This document shows positions 41,615 to 52,258 of a stretch of DNA of 64,000 bases, piece by piece (positions within the stretch are counted from its first letter, which is position 1; each line of letters begins with the position of its first letter). The notes under the pieces are model-generated. The model had not been told where the DNA came from. It was given only the letters and a program-made list of their open reading frames with translations, and ran no database searches. Source of the stretch: an uncultured delta proteobacterium (GTDB lineage Bacteria; Desulfobacterota; Binatia; UBA9968). The translations under genes were made by a program, and so were the position numbers. The stretch covers positions 131,646-195,645 of the forward strand of contig CAVUVW010000025.1 of NCBI GenBank assembly GCA_963745035.1, written 5' to 3'.

Positions 41615-41970
41615 TTAGAAGACGTCCCGCCAGCTCCCCGGCACCATCTTCGCGGTCGACATGTCGCAAGCCACATGAGTACAGTTGACCGAGCAGCCGT
41701 AGGTTATTTTGGAATTTCCTGAAAATGATGAGAGGTCAAAGTAGTTCTTACCGCTGGTGGCGCTCGGAAACGGATCGCCGGTCCAGGTCGGGCTGCCATT
41801 GCCGATCTGGATAAGTCCGTGGAAGTAGGGATTGCCGCTCACGCCGATCTGCTGATGAACCAGGATCGCGCCTTCTTGGCCGGCCATGCCAATATTGCCG
41901 CTTATTTTAGGTCGTTTACCGTGGCGACATGATTATGCTGCAGGTTCGGACCGGCTGCGGGTTAAAGGCA
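41615..41970 (-). pseudogene. Orphan PilX-like C-terminal fragment (short copy); direct repeat of about 37776-38135
   Basis: EGAILVHQQIGVSGNP...KITYGC...GSWRDVF*; roughly 85-90% nt identity to the long copy by eye. Confidence 0.7.
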
Positions 41971-42079
41971 TGGTGCAGTTCAGGGCCTGTCAAGAACTGT
42001 CGCCTCTTTCATCGATAAAAACTAAATTTGACCCAGCGAGATTCGGTGATAAAATGCGATTTTATTAGACGGAGTCACG

Positions 42080-42631
42080 ATGCGAAAAATGGTAGCGGTA
42101 TTATTCCTGTGGATCACCACCGGCCTGGAGGTGACCGATGCCGCGTATATCATTAAGCTCAAAAACGGCAATGAATATTTAACGGAAAGTTACTGGCAGG
42201 AAGGTAGCCAGGTACTATTCAATACATACGGCGGAATATTTGGTGTCGACAAAACGTTCATCGCCAAAATTGAGAAATCCCTTCAAACCAGTCGAATCGC
42301 TTCCGCCAAAGATCCAGTTGGCGCTCGGACTAACGCAGAGATTCAGAATAAGGATTCCGCCGATCCTACGCCTGGATCTAAACCGAAGGCTGAAAAAAAG
42401 CGCGATCCTAATGATCCAGTTGTGAGCGAATACAATCGATTGAGGGATAGAGCAAGAGAAGTCAACGGGCTGTTGACAAGTGAGATCCGCGAGCTTTTAA
42501 AAGAAATTACAGCTTTTAAGAACAAGCTTTCGCGCGACAGCAAGCTATTTATAGAGTACGGACGAGAATTCAATGGCGCCCATGAAATCGGAGACACTGT
42601 GGAATCTGCGTTGCGATCGCGCACTCAGTAG
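42080..42631 (+). CDS. Secreted hypothetical protein
   Basis: Signal peptide; IKLKNG...YW.EG..V.F...GG; helical C-terminus. Confidence 0.7.
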   Translation: MRKMVAVLFLWITTGLEVTDAAYIIKLKNGNEYLTESYWQEGSQVLFNTYGGIFGVDKTFIAKIEKSLQTSRIASAKDPVGARTNAEIQNKDSADPTPGSKPKAEKKRDPNDPVVSEYNRLRDRAREVNGLLTSEIRELLKEITAFKNKLSRDSKLFIEYGREFNGAHEIGDTVESALRSRTQ

Positions 42632-43785
42632 TCTTGCTTCCAATTCACAACCTTAAGCGGCTGGCTCGATAAAGCTTTCTTTACATTACAGCTATTGTAC
42701 CCAATGGTAATGCTGCCGCTAATCGCCGTGTCTCCCAGCGCGGAGCTGCCGCTGTAGATTTGACCCTGGATATTTTTGGCATTTGAACCTCCGCCGGAGG
42801 ACTTAAGAATTCCGGTCACGATGATAATCCCGTTCCAGTTTGTATCGCCGGCGAGTTCCAAATTTCCCTTGACCAGAAGAATTCCGTAACCATTCACGTT
42901 ATTGAGCTTCAGCTCCCCGTCGGCTTGAGTACCGGCGGCATCAGCATATACCGTCACAAAATTGGTTGCGCTCCCGAAAGTGGAATTCGATGAATCCGAT
43001 GTAAGCGTATGGTTCGCGCTTCCTTTAAGCATGTCCACATACCCTTGCAGATCGATATCAATAGTTCCATTCTGCGGCGCGGCCGGATTGCCGGACAGAC
43101 TGGGGCTACCGTTTGTCGTGGTTGTGGCCGGATCTTTGGTGTAGACCGATGCTAAGTTTCCACCAGCGCACGAGCTACCGTCATTGCCGTTGACACTGAT
43201 CGAAGTACCACTAAGAGTAACGTTGTCCTTTGAGTAAATGACTGCGGGACTGCTCGTCGAAAATGAATAGAGTTGCACGGTGGTTTGCACGATTGCCTTG
43301 GTGTTCCCGGGACCCGTTGCCACCGATGTAATCATTACTTTGCCGTTGTTGTCGGTGGTACTCGACGAACCCTCGCTTGCATCGTTTGTCAAATAGGCCG
43401 TGTAAATGTATCCAGGGACGAAGGTACTTGAAGAGGTGAGCGCCGAATCATCAGTCGACGATGTGTAGCCGTTGAGCACGCCGTTGGCGCCTACCTGTGC
43501 GGCGAGCTCCTCGCTGAAATTGGCTGAGTTTGTGCTCGACACATTAGCAGCTCTAAGCGTTTGACGGGCCTGCTCCGCGCCGGCCATCGCCACCTGCAGT
43601 GCTTTTTGATTCGTTTGGAAGTTAGCGCCGATTTTCACGTCGGTCGATGCCACGATGAAAGCCGTGGCCCCTACAAGGGTCAGCGCCGCCAGAAGAGTCA
43701 GAGCAGCGATTAGAATGACGCCCGACTCACTATTCTTAAGCATGTCGCCCGTGCGGCCTTGATCGTTTCGCGGAAAGTTCTTCAC
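42625..43785 (-). CDS. PilX-like minor pilin with large C-terminal domain (set 2)
   Basis: G|VILIA without E5; ALQVAMAGAEQA; terminal NWKQ; start may be 43743. Confidence 0.8.
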   Translation of the reverse strand: MKNFPRNDQGRTGDMLKNSESGVILIAALTLLAALTLVGATAFIVASTDVKIGANFQTNQKALQVAMAGAEQARQTLRAANVSSTNSANFSEELAAQVGANGVLNGYTSSTDDSALTSSSTFVPGYIYTAYLTNDASEGSSSTTDNNGKVMITSVATGPGNTKAIVQTTVQLYSFSTSSPAVIYSKDNVTLSGTSISVNGNDGSSCAGGNLASVYTKDPATTTTNGSPSLSGNPAAPQNGTIDIDLQGYVDMLKGSANHTLTSDSSNSTFGSATNFVTVYADAAGTQADGELKLNNVNGYGILLVKGNLELAGDTNWNGIIIVTGILKSSGGGSNAKNIQGQIYSGSSALGDTAISGSITIGYNSCNVKKALSSQPLKVVNWKQDY

Positions 43786-43798
43786 CTAAAACTCCTCG

Positions 43799-44404
43799 CT
43801 ACAGAGACAGATTTGGCGGAGTTACGTCAGCAGTTATCTGATACGTTCTATAGCCGTTATTGGTTGGGTAACTGGGGTCTGGATTTGCTGTCCGCGCGGT
43901 CATGTTGATAGTTACCCTTCTCACTGCAGTGTTCGTCGTAGTTGACGCGCCGTTGGCATCCAAATACGTAAATGCGAATGCTGTAATATTGTCTGCAAGG
44001 GTGGCACTTGACGCTGAATTATTCAGAGTTCTGGTTATGACACCCGTAGAGTTGTCAAAAACGTACGAAATGTCGTCATTCGTTCCATCCGTTTCGACGC
44101 CGGACGAATCAAGATCAATCTTTATCCGTAACGTCGTCGCTGTTGATGTGTGTATGCCGTTGAAGGAGCCACCCGCTGGCTTGTAACCTGCCATCTGGAT
44201 TTCACGGATCATCAGATCCAAAGCAGCGCGGACATTTTGTTGCATCTGGCCAATTTGTTCTTCAGCATTGTTCTGCCGGTTCTGAAGAGTAAACGAGCCG
44301 GCGATTGCTGCAAGAATTACCAAACTGATGGTCATCGAGACCATCAGCTCGATAAGCGTAAAACCCTTGCTTTCTTCGACCATTCTCGATGACAATTGAC
44401 TCAT
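43799..44404 (-). CDS. PilW-like minor pilin (set 2)
   Basis: G|FTLIEL; MQQNVRAALDLMIREIQMAGY. Confidence 0.85.
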   Translation of the reverse strand: MSQLSSRMVEESKGFTLIELMVSMTISLVILAAIAGSFTLQNRQNNAEEQIGQMQQNVRAALDLMIREIQMAGYKPAGGSFNGIHTSTATTLRIKIDLDSSGVETDGTNDDISYVFDNSTGVITRTLNNSASSATLADNITAFAFTYLDANGASTTTNTAVRRVTINMTARTANPDPSYPTNNGYRTYQITADVTPPNLSL

Positions 44405-44832
44405 GATGCCGCCATTATAGTTTTCAGCGTAACGGATTTTGTTCCCACTGCACCTTCGGACCAAGTGAGAATGACCGTAAGAGTCTTAATGTTTGTTACG
44501 GATGTGTCGATGGCGAGATTCCGCGTAAACGTAACTCCACCGGAAACCACTGTTGCGTTTCCTGTAATACAATTATTAGCGCCGCCCGATGGAACAGATC
44601 CTGCACTTGAGTAACCCACCCGACGATTTTCCTCAAAACACGACTGCGCGATCGCCGTCGCGGTCGTAACGTTCCTAGCGGCTACGTTGCCACGCACGAC
44701 CCCCGTCGTTAACACAGCCGTACCAAGTAAGCCAATCGTTAACAAAACGAGAGCCGTGAGCATCTCTATGAAAGTAAATCCGCTCTCCTCTCCGTTGATG
44801 CTTCCAACGAGAATCTTTGACGAGTTCATCAT
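44401..44832 (-). CDS. PilV-like minor pilin (set 2)
   Basis: G|FTFIEM; KTLTVILTW. Confidence 0.82.
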   Translation of the reverse strand: MMNSSKILVGSINGEESGFTFIEMLTALVLLTIGLLGTAVLTTGVVRGNVAARNVTTATAIAQSCFEENRRVGYSSAGSVPSGGANNCITGNATVVSGGVTFTRNLAIDTSVTNIKTLTVILTWSEGAVGTKSVTLKTIMAAS

Positions 44833-45275
44833 CAGCTGATACTCGCTGAGCCGGTAATTCTCACCGTGACAGTTTTGCTTCCGGCTGGATTGCTTAAAGT
44901 AATTGTTGGAGCAACACTAGCGGTTCCTCGCGAGGAAAACGTTATTGTTGTGGCCGTCGATGTGAGCGTGACGTCAGAGTACTCTGTCTGAATGTTGACT
45001 GTCTTGGTCGTAGAACCCGCGATCTGCATGGTTTGATTAGTGGGGAATGTGACTACGTATGCGCTGTTCTCGTTAACGGCTTTCGATCTTGCCCACATGA
45101 GTTCACTGTAAATCTGGCGGGCGGCGCCGTTGAGTCGGTTTTTTGGACGGAACGCAACGAACTGCGGAACCGCGACAGCTGAAAGCAACCCGAAAATCAC
45201 GACAGCGACCAAAACCTCGGCGAGACTAAATCCACGTTGGCTCACAAGACGACGTCGATACATGCAATCAAACAT
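44832..45275 (-). CDS. FimT/FimU (GspH-like) minor pilin (set 2)
   Basis: G|FSLAE; AARQIYSELMWARSKAV; ITFSSRG. Confidence 0.82.
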   Translation of the reverse strand: MFDCMYRRRLVSQRGFSLAEVLVAVVIFGLLSAVAVPQFVAFRPKNRLNGAARQIYSELMWARSKAVNENSAYVVTFPTNQTMQIAGSTTKTVNIQTEYSDVTLTSTATTITFSSRGTASVAPTITLSNPAGSKTVTVRITGSASIS

Positions 45276-45508
45276 AACGTGACCACCAAAACGTATCGAA
45301 ATTGGTTTAAACACGTGCCTGAAACTCGGAACCTGCCAAGGACGACCGGTTAAAGTGCAATTCGCGCACCATGCAAGGCGCACGGCAAAGGGCTATTGCC
45401 TGCGAAGAATATGTATGGGCAGGGGCAAGAACTTACCAGAAGTTCTCACGCACAATACAGTCAATATGTGACAGGGTGACGAAAAATGTAAATTTTGTGG
45501 AACTGGTG

Positions 45509-46298
45509 TCAAACCGCCCGCAAGTAAAATTGAATGAGCGCGTCGCCAAAAAAGATGAACAATACGGCGCCTGAGCACAGGAATGGGGCAAAGGGTAAGG
45601 CCAGCCGTCGGCCCGCGCCGGTGAGAAGCATACAAGTCAGCCCGACAACCGAACCGATCAAAGAAGCAATGAACAAAGTGAAGGGGACCGACGGCCAGCC
45701 CAGAAACGCTCCGATCATGGCCAGCAGCTTGATATCACCACCACCCATGCCATCGACGCCTGTAATTTTCTCGTAAAGCCATGCCGTCGTAAGTAGAAAG
45801 CCGCCGCCCGCGATCATGCCAATGAGTGAACTCAAAGGGGACGGAAGCAAATCACCCTCGCCGCCGATGACGAAATAGCCCGCCACCGACAGCACCAGTC
45901 CGCAGATGATTCCGGGCAAGCTGATCACGTCCGGAACGATACGCACGTCGAGATCAATAAATGAAATCACAATCAGCGCAGCGATGAACACAAAGCCAAC
46001 GAAAAACTCAAAACCAAGCCCAAACTGATAATACAACGCGAGCGCCATCACTCCCATGAGCAACTCGACAAGAAAATAGCGCGGCGAAATCGGCTGCGAG
46101 CAAGTACGGCAACGGCCGCGCAGAAAGACATAGCTGAGCAGCGGTATGTTACAGTAAAAAGGAATCGCCAGCCTTGCATTTCGGACAATGAGACGGCGGA
46201 TGAACAACCGACTCGTCATTGGGGATCCTGCCGATGCAGACGTTGAGAAAACTGCCGACGATGGCGCCGAGGATAAAAATTACAAATGGGAGGAGCAT
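45509..46298 (-). CDS. pilD: Prepilin peptidase/N-methyltransferase; frameshift near 46170
   Basis: [37 protein letters not shown]. Confidence 0.9.
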
Positions 46299-46641
46299 GT
46301 TATTGTCGTAAGTTTTTTACTAACCGCGACGAATATTGAGGAATCTCGCACACTACACGACCACTCGCCAATCTTTGCAACAGGAAGCGTTCAAAAGATT
46401 TTTCCTGACCTTCGAAAAGCGATCGCGGAGCGAGAAATCCTCGCGATCACATCCAACAGCCTACAAGACGTTTTCAACGCGTACGCCCTCATTCGCCTGA
46501 CGGCGCACGCGCAAACCGATGGAAAAATTGGCTAACTCCATTTTATCGTGATCTAACCAACCATGCAGCTGGATTGATGAAACTGAAGCACACGTATGCT
46601 ATCGCGGGACTCTAATGCAGGATCAATTCTCATTGTGATAG

Positions 46642-47532
46642 CTACAACCAATCTCCGAGCCGCCAGGAATAACCAGCCTCCTTCATGAACTTTCGGGTAC
46701 TCCGCCAGACTTTGTACTTCTCATAAATCGACAAGTCCGACTTCCAGACCTCGGGTCTGGCTCTGCCAATGAAACCGCGAGGCAGCTTCGCCACTTGTCC
46801 CATGCATGCCCTGACCTCGCCGTATACCGGTATCGGGGTGCCGCCACTTTCCATTACCACGGCCTTGTTATTCTCGATTGCAACATTTATGGCATCGTCG
46901 CTCCACGAGAGGTCGAGGAATTTCGCCAGGCCGTTCAGCGTGTCGAGTGGAGATTTCCAAAGATCTTCATAGCGGATCTCGCGAAATTCTTGAGGAGATA
47001 GGTTTTTTGCCGCAACCTTAGCTGCGTCCACGTGCTGCGCCCACATGGCCGCAGCAAGTTCCACGCTGCTCGGCGCCCAGCTCGCGCCCCAACCTTGCGA
47101 AGCAGTCATCAGCGATGCGACCACGTCTCGACAATCGCGTACCAGGTGAATGAACCGGCTGTCGGGCAACAGTTGCTTAATCTCTGGAATGTATAATGCG
47201 TGTGATGGGGTCTTCTCCAGAAACCATTCGTCCGGCTGTAAATCATTGATTGCGGGTTTGAGCAAAGCCGCTAGGTAGTTTTTCAGAATGGCGAGAAATT
47301 CTTCCTCGCGGAAATAGGCCGGCGGACCCGCCGCATGACCCATTCCGCCATTGAAGTGTCGCGTCTTCTGGTCGTTCCACGAACGGAGCTGAGGCCCGAC
47401 ATATAAGCTGAAAAAGTGCGACTCTTCCCCGGAGCGAACTTTTGGATGACTGGCCAAAAGCTTTTGAAGCCATGTCGTGCCGCTGCGCGGGCAGCCGACA
47501 AGAAACACTATATTCTTGCCCGTGTACTCCAT
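46642..47532 (-). CDS. Sulfotransferase
   Basis: GCPRSGTT (5'-PSB), EKTP, RD.RDVVAS (3'-PB), RYEDL. Confidence 0.9.
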   Translation of the reverse strand: MEYTGKNIVFLVGCPRSGTTWLQKLLASHPKVRSGEESHFFSLYVGPQLRSWNDQKTRHFNGGMGHAAGPPAYFREEEFLAILKNYLAALLKPAINDLQPDEWFLEKTPSHALYIPEIKQLLPDSRFIHLVRDCRDVVASLMTASQGWGASWAPSSVELAAAMWAQHVDAAKVAAKNLSPQEFREIRYEDLWKSPLDTLNGLAKFLDLSWSDDAINVAIENNKAVVMESGGTPIPVYGEVRACMGQVAKLPRGFIGRARPEVWKSDLSIYEKYKVWRSTRKFMKEAGYSWRLGDWL

Positions 47533-47561
47533 CGCTGATCGACTATAACATCGACGCAAAC

Positions 47562-48419
47562 TCACCGGACCGGCCTATCGGCCGGCGCATAGAGAAATCC
47601 GGGATATCTTTCCTGCACTCCTCCGGTTTTTCGCGCGAGCGCAAAAATTGTATCCCCGCGTTCGCTCCCCTTTAAAAAACCCAGGCTGAGAAAGCTTCCA
47701 AGTTTGAGCAAAGTTTTCATCTGCAGCGTCAATAGACGGCCGAACTGTTGATCGTGATAAACATCGACCGTTTCGAACTCGCTGCTGGTAAAGCCGGAAA
47801 GCGCGAGTAGCTCTCTAACTTCCCATGGGACGTATTCATGGTTGTGACGATCGGTAGAGGGCCGGCGTTGATAAACTGGATAGATGTTCGGGTTGCCGCC
47901 GCGGAGAATCCTTAGGACGGATCGAACCGAGGCGCAATTGGGCGTCGATAACAGTAGATACCCCCCGGTCTTCGTAATTCGGTTGATCTCCGACATGGTC
48001 TGCGACGGATCGCGGCTAAGATGCTCCAGAACTTCGGTGAAGATAACGATGTCGAAACGCCCATCCTCGTACGGAAACGGCCCTTCAATGTCGAAGCGGT
48101 CAACGTGAACCGGATACCGCGCTCCATTTCCGGCATTTTGCAGGAAGCTGTCTTCGCTTTCCGGTTTTTGCTCGTGCAAAGGCTCCGTCAATGTAATCGC
48201 GTTTGCGCCGAGAATATCCCGAAGCGCGGGCACGAGACTGCCGTAAGACCCAAGGTCGATAATGCGCATGCCTGGCCGAACGATGGGCTGGAGCAATCTG
48301 ATGGTCTCGGTAAAACGGCTCATGTGAACTTTCAGATAATTGCTCACGTAGCACGGAGAATTATAGTCCGGCTCGAGCACGGCGCTTTCGACCCTTTGCC
48401 GCAGCTCAGAAGGATTCAT
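47562..48419 (-). CDS. Class I SAM-dependent methyltransferase
   Basis: IDLGS, FD...FTEVLEHL, GGYLLLSTPN, H.HEY. Confidence 0.85.
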   Translation of the reverse strand: MNPSELRQRVESAVLEPDYNSPCYVSNYLKVHMSRFTETIRLLQPIVRPGMRIIDLGSYGSLVPALRDILGANAITLTEPLHEQKPESEDSFLQNAGNGARYPVHVDRFDIEGPFPYEDGRFDIVIFTEVLEHLSRDPSQTMSEINRITKTGGYLLLSTPNCASVRSVLRILRGGNPNIYPVYQRRPSTDRHNHEYVPWEVRELLALSGFTSSEFETVDVYHDQQFGRLLTLQMKTLLKLGSFLSLGFLKGSERGDTIFALARKTGGVQERYPGFLYAPADRPVR

Positions 48420-48673
48420 GGATTAGGGAACAATTCAACGGCTTAAGGGTGTTAAGGCTCAAGCCTCGTTCTTCGGAATAGTCAGTCTTATTGAATTTCA
48501 CGATACGGGCCGATTGTGTTATATGAGACAACGTTCGAGTTCATGCGAATCATAGCATAACCGCGGGAGATTTTCCGAGATTCTCAGCTAGGCCTCAACG
48601 TCAACACACCTCGAAGTAAGTCTATGCTCGCTGCGCGGAAACGCGAAAATCCCCAGCAGACTCTGAGGGGGTT

Positions 48674-49939
48674 ATGACCTCTCCCCCTTGCGCTGTTCGA
48701 TCCGGCCGACAAATCGCAATCATCTGCGATACGGTTCCGTATCCACCGCGGTCCGGCGACAATCAGCGCATCGCCGAGCTGATCAGCGTGTTGCGGGAAC
48801 AAGGCTGGTACGTACACTTGGTGTTGTGCGGTCTGGTGGAGCGCAGGTTCAAAAAACTTTGCCGTTCCCACGTCGATGCCCTGCATATCTACAGCGGCGC
48901 GGGCATGAAGACTCGGCTCCGAAACGGGCTGCGCCGTGTGGTTAGATGGCTCGATCGAGCCGGCAAAGTCTTCGGTCTAGCGCCGATGGAAACCATAGCC
49001 GGCCGCCTGCTCGGTCGTCCCATTGCTCCGCTCATGATTAACTATTGGCAGCGCTATCCCCAGGGCCTGAGCGAGTTCGTCGCGGAGCTGCAAATGAGTT
49101 TTGCTTGGAACGCGATCATAGTCGAGTACATCTGGCTGCACCGGTCCATCGATAAACTGAAGAACGGAACCGTTCGGCTCCTCGACACACACGACATTCA
49201 GTACAAGCGAGTCGAGGAGTTCGCCTCCCGCGGCATGGTGTTTCCCTTGGAAATTACCCGGGACGAAGAGCGGCGAATCTTCGATCGGTTCGACGCGGTG
49301 ATCGCCATTCAAGCCGCCGAAGCGAGCATCATGAGAGAAATGTCCCCGCGCACGCGGGTGCTGACGGTCGGTTCGTCGGGATATTTTCCGGCCTGCGCAT
49401 CGATGCATCCCGTAGACGGGCGCCTGCTTTACATCGGCGGCTACAACGGCGCGAATATCGACGGACTCCGCCGCTTTCTACATGGCGCATGGCCGAAGGT
49501 GCTCCGGCAGATTCCGGGCGCACATTTGCATGTCTGCGGCCACATTCAGCGAGCGTTTACTGGGCAGCGATTCGAGAACGTCACCTTTCTCGGACACAAG
49601 GAAAGTCTCCATGAGGAATACGCCGAGGCCGTGGTGGTGATCAATCCGGCTTGGATCGGCACCGGATTGAAAATCAAAACAATCGAGGCGCTAAATCGCG
49701 GCAAGCCACTGGTCACGACACCCAAAGGGATCGATGGCCTGCCTCAGGCAGCCGCGCAAAGCGCATCAATCGTGGAGGACGACGAGAGCTTTGCCCGAGC
49801 CATTATCCGGCTTATGACCGATGGCGAATCACGACAGGCTCTATCGCGGTCGGCCCTGGCTTTTGCGAACGCTTACCTGAACAAGCGCGCGGTCTATCAA
49901 GAGCTCTTTCAGTTTCTCGAGCAAGCCCGCGGGAACTAG
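48674..49939 (+). CDS. Glycosyltransferase (GT4-like)
   Basis: PYPPRSG; GTGLKIKTIEAL..GKPLVTT. Confidence 0.85.
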   Translation: MTSPPCAVRSGRQIAIICDTVPYPPRSGDNQRIAELISVLREQGWYVHLVLCGLVERRFKKLCRSHVDALHIYSGAGMKTRLRNGLRRVVRWLDRAGKVFGLAPMETIAGRLLGRPIAPLMINYWQRYPQGLSEFVAELQMSFAWNAIIVEYIWLHRSIDKLKNGTVRLLDTHDIQYKRVEEFASRGMVFPLEITRDEERRIFDRFDAVIAIQAAEASIMREMSPRTRVLTVGSSGYFPACASMHPVDGRLLYIGGYNGANIDGLRRFLHGAWPKVLRQIPGAHLHVCGHIQRAFTGQRFENVTFLGHKESLHEEYAEAVVVINPAWIGTGLKIKTIEALNRGKPLVTTPKGIDGLPQAAAQSASIVEDDESFARAIIRLMTDGESRQALSRSALAFANAYLNKRAVYQELFQFLEQARGN

Positions 49940-51156
49940 ACAGCTGTGATCCACTCGCACGGCATGGTGAAGACTCCCGCTCCGTCGATCATCTCGCTTT
50001 CCAAATGAATACCGATCGCAGTAGTCATTTGATGAATCGGCAATTCGTCGTATTGGGAGTCCAGCACCGCAACGCGCACCCAATAGTCGCCGCCAAGCAG
50101 GCAGAGGTCGGGGTAGCGCAACATGATTTTTCCGTTCCCGAGAACCTCACCGCATTCGATGCCGTGGCGTTCCGTGTTCATGCCGTGGCAGAACAATCCG
50201 TCGCTTCGAAAGATTTGGACTCTAACTACCGGGTTCAAGATCGGCCGATGGGCTTTGAACCCGATCATCACCCACATTTCGTCGTGGCTTCGAAAACATT
50301 TTTCGGACGCCGTCGCCGCCGCATAACTCAACGGCTGTGACTTCGATCGCAGGTTCACCTGTCGCTGCACCGAATTCTTCCCGCCGCAAAATTTTGCTAT
50401 TCAGCAGGTTCATGTAGCTCCCGATGACTTCATCCGGCCGGCCGTCGGCGCGAACGATACCGTGATCAAGAAAAAGCATCCGCCGAGCAATTTTCTCGAT
50501 TTCCTGCAGATTATGAGTCACGACAATGATCGTTTTGCCGGCCTGGAGAAAAGCTTGGATTTGATCCAGGCAGCGCTTTCTGAACGTCGCGTCTCCCACT
50601 GCCATGGATTCATCAATGATCAGTATATCCGGGTCGATGCTTACCGCGACCGCGAAGCCGAGCCGCACATACATTCCCGAAGAGTATTGCTTCACCGGTG
50701 TATCGATAAATTCTTCGAGCCCGGAAAATTCCACGATGGAATCAAACTTGTTCGCCATCTCCTCTTTGCTCAGCCCCAGGATCGCCCCGCTCAAATGAAT
50801 ATTTTCTCGGCCGGTGAGCATCGGATGAAAGCCAGCGCCCAACTCCAGCAGAGCGCCGATGCGTCCGCTCATTCGAACAGATCCCTGATCGGGCAGCGTG
50901 ACGCCATTCATTAGTTTCAACAACGTACTCTTGCCGGCGCCGTTCGGCCCAATCAGACCAACGCATTCGCCCCGTTTGACTTCAAAGAAACGCCGTTCAC
51001 GGCCCAAAATTCATCCCGGCGCAAACTGGTCAAATGCCCCGTCAGGCCCAACATGTCGCAGGCGACGTCCCTGACGCCGTAAAGCATCGTGCGTTTCAGT
51101 GAGCGGCAAAACTTCTTGCTCACTCCTTCCATGCGAACGACGACATCGGCGGTCAT
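49936..51156 (-). CDS. wzt: Polysaccharide ABC ATPase with Wzt C-terminal domain; frameshifted
   Basis: GPNGAGKST, LELGAGFHP, YSSGM..RLGFA. Confidence 0.85.
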
Positions 51157-51170
51157 GACTCGGTCCAACT

Positions 51171-52072
51171 TCAAGCGTACCCGAGCACGCGTACGATGGT
51201 GATTCGAAACGCGCGCCAGCCGGCAAGAAACAAGATCACGGAGAAAACACAGGCTGCGGCAAACATATTAGGTCGGGTCAAAAAACCCTCGGCGACCAGA
51301 TCCTGGCTCGCGGCCAATAGCGGGCTCAGTGGATTGCAGAGATTGATCAAATAAAATGGCCAGCGGACTGGCGGCGGGTAGAGTACAGGCGTGAGAAACA
51401 TGCCGATGGTCAGCGCGGTTCCGAGCGCGTTGGCCGTGTCGCGAATAACCAGGTTAGCGATCGACAACACAAACCCCAAGCCAAGCGCCAAGAGCACGAC
51501 CGGCACAAGCAGCAGAGGCATGAACATGCTTTCCCGGGATGGCAGGACGCTGCACCAGATGAACACGGCGACAATCGGGATCAAACGAATGACGAAATCG
51601 AAGGCCGGCTGGCCCAAAGCCGCGATCACCAAAGCTTCGCGCGGAAAATTGATTTTCGTTACCAGCGAACCCGAGGCCGTCAAACTGTTGGCGCAGTTCG
51701 TGAGACATCCCGCGAAGAACTGCCAGATACTGATCCCCCAGAGAGAATACGCAATGTAAGGAATCTTGGTTTCGCCGATCGGGAGGACTCGAGAGGCGTG
51801 AAGAAAAGCAAACACCGCCACCGTGGCGGTTTGGCGGCACAACCGCCCAGACGTATCCGAGAATCGATTGACGATAGCGTATGGATAGATCACGCAATAT
51901 AAGCAGCCAAATGAGTCGACGGCTCTCCACCAGCTCCAGAAACATGATGGTCCAGCCGCCGGCGCCGCCGCGCCGCACGCCCTGCGGCGTGTACACAACG
52001 TCCACGGTGTGGCGGTGCACTTCTATACTCAGGAGCGCTCGCCGCCTCATGCGACAGAACGTTTTCGTCCAT
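51171..52072 (-). CDS. wzm: Polysaccharide ABC permease; frameshifted
   Basis: RDLSIRYRQSILG..W; LVTKINFPRE; TPVLYP; start uncertain. Confidence 0.85.
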
Positions 52073-52258
52073 TCCGGTTTCCGCCAGGTTCAATAAAAAC
52101 GTCACCTATTATACTGCGCGGCGATTGTCATTGCTATTTTTTGTCAAAATCGAACCCGAAGGCGCTCACTTCACCGCTGCGGCTTGCCCATCTGTGGTTC
52201 AGATCAACAAAGAAAGCTTCATTCGGGTATACTGGGGCATTTCCTCAAAGGCTAGCGG

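Noticed and set aside
37776-41970. Diversity-generating retroelement TR/VR pair
   Set aside because: Mismatches involve all four bases in both copies rather than adenines only, and no reverse transcriptase is in the window.
34719-45275. Shufflon-type pilus tip inversion system
   Set aside because: Cassettes are all on one strand; no recombinase gene or repeated sfx-like sites were seen.
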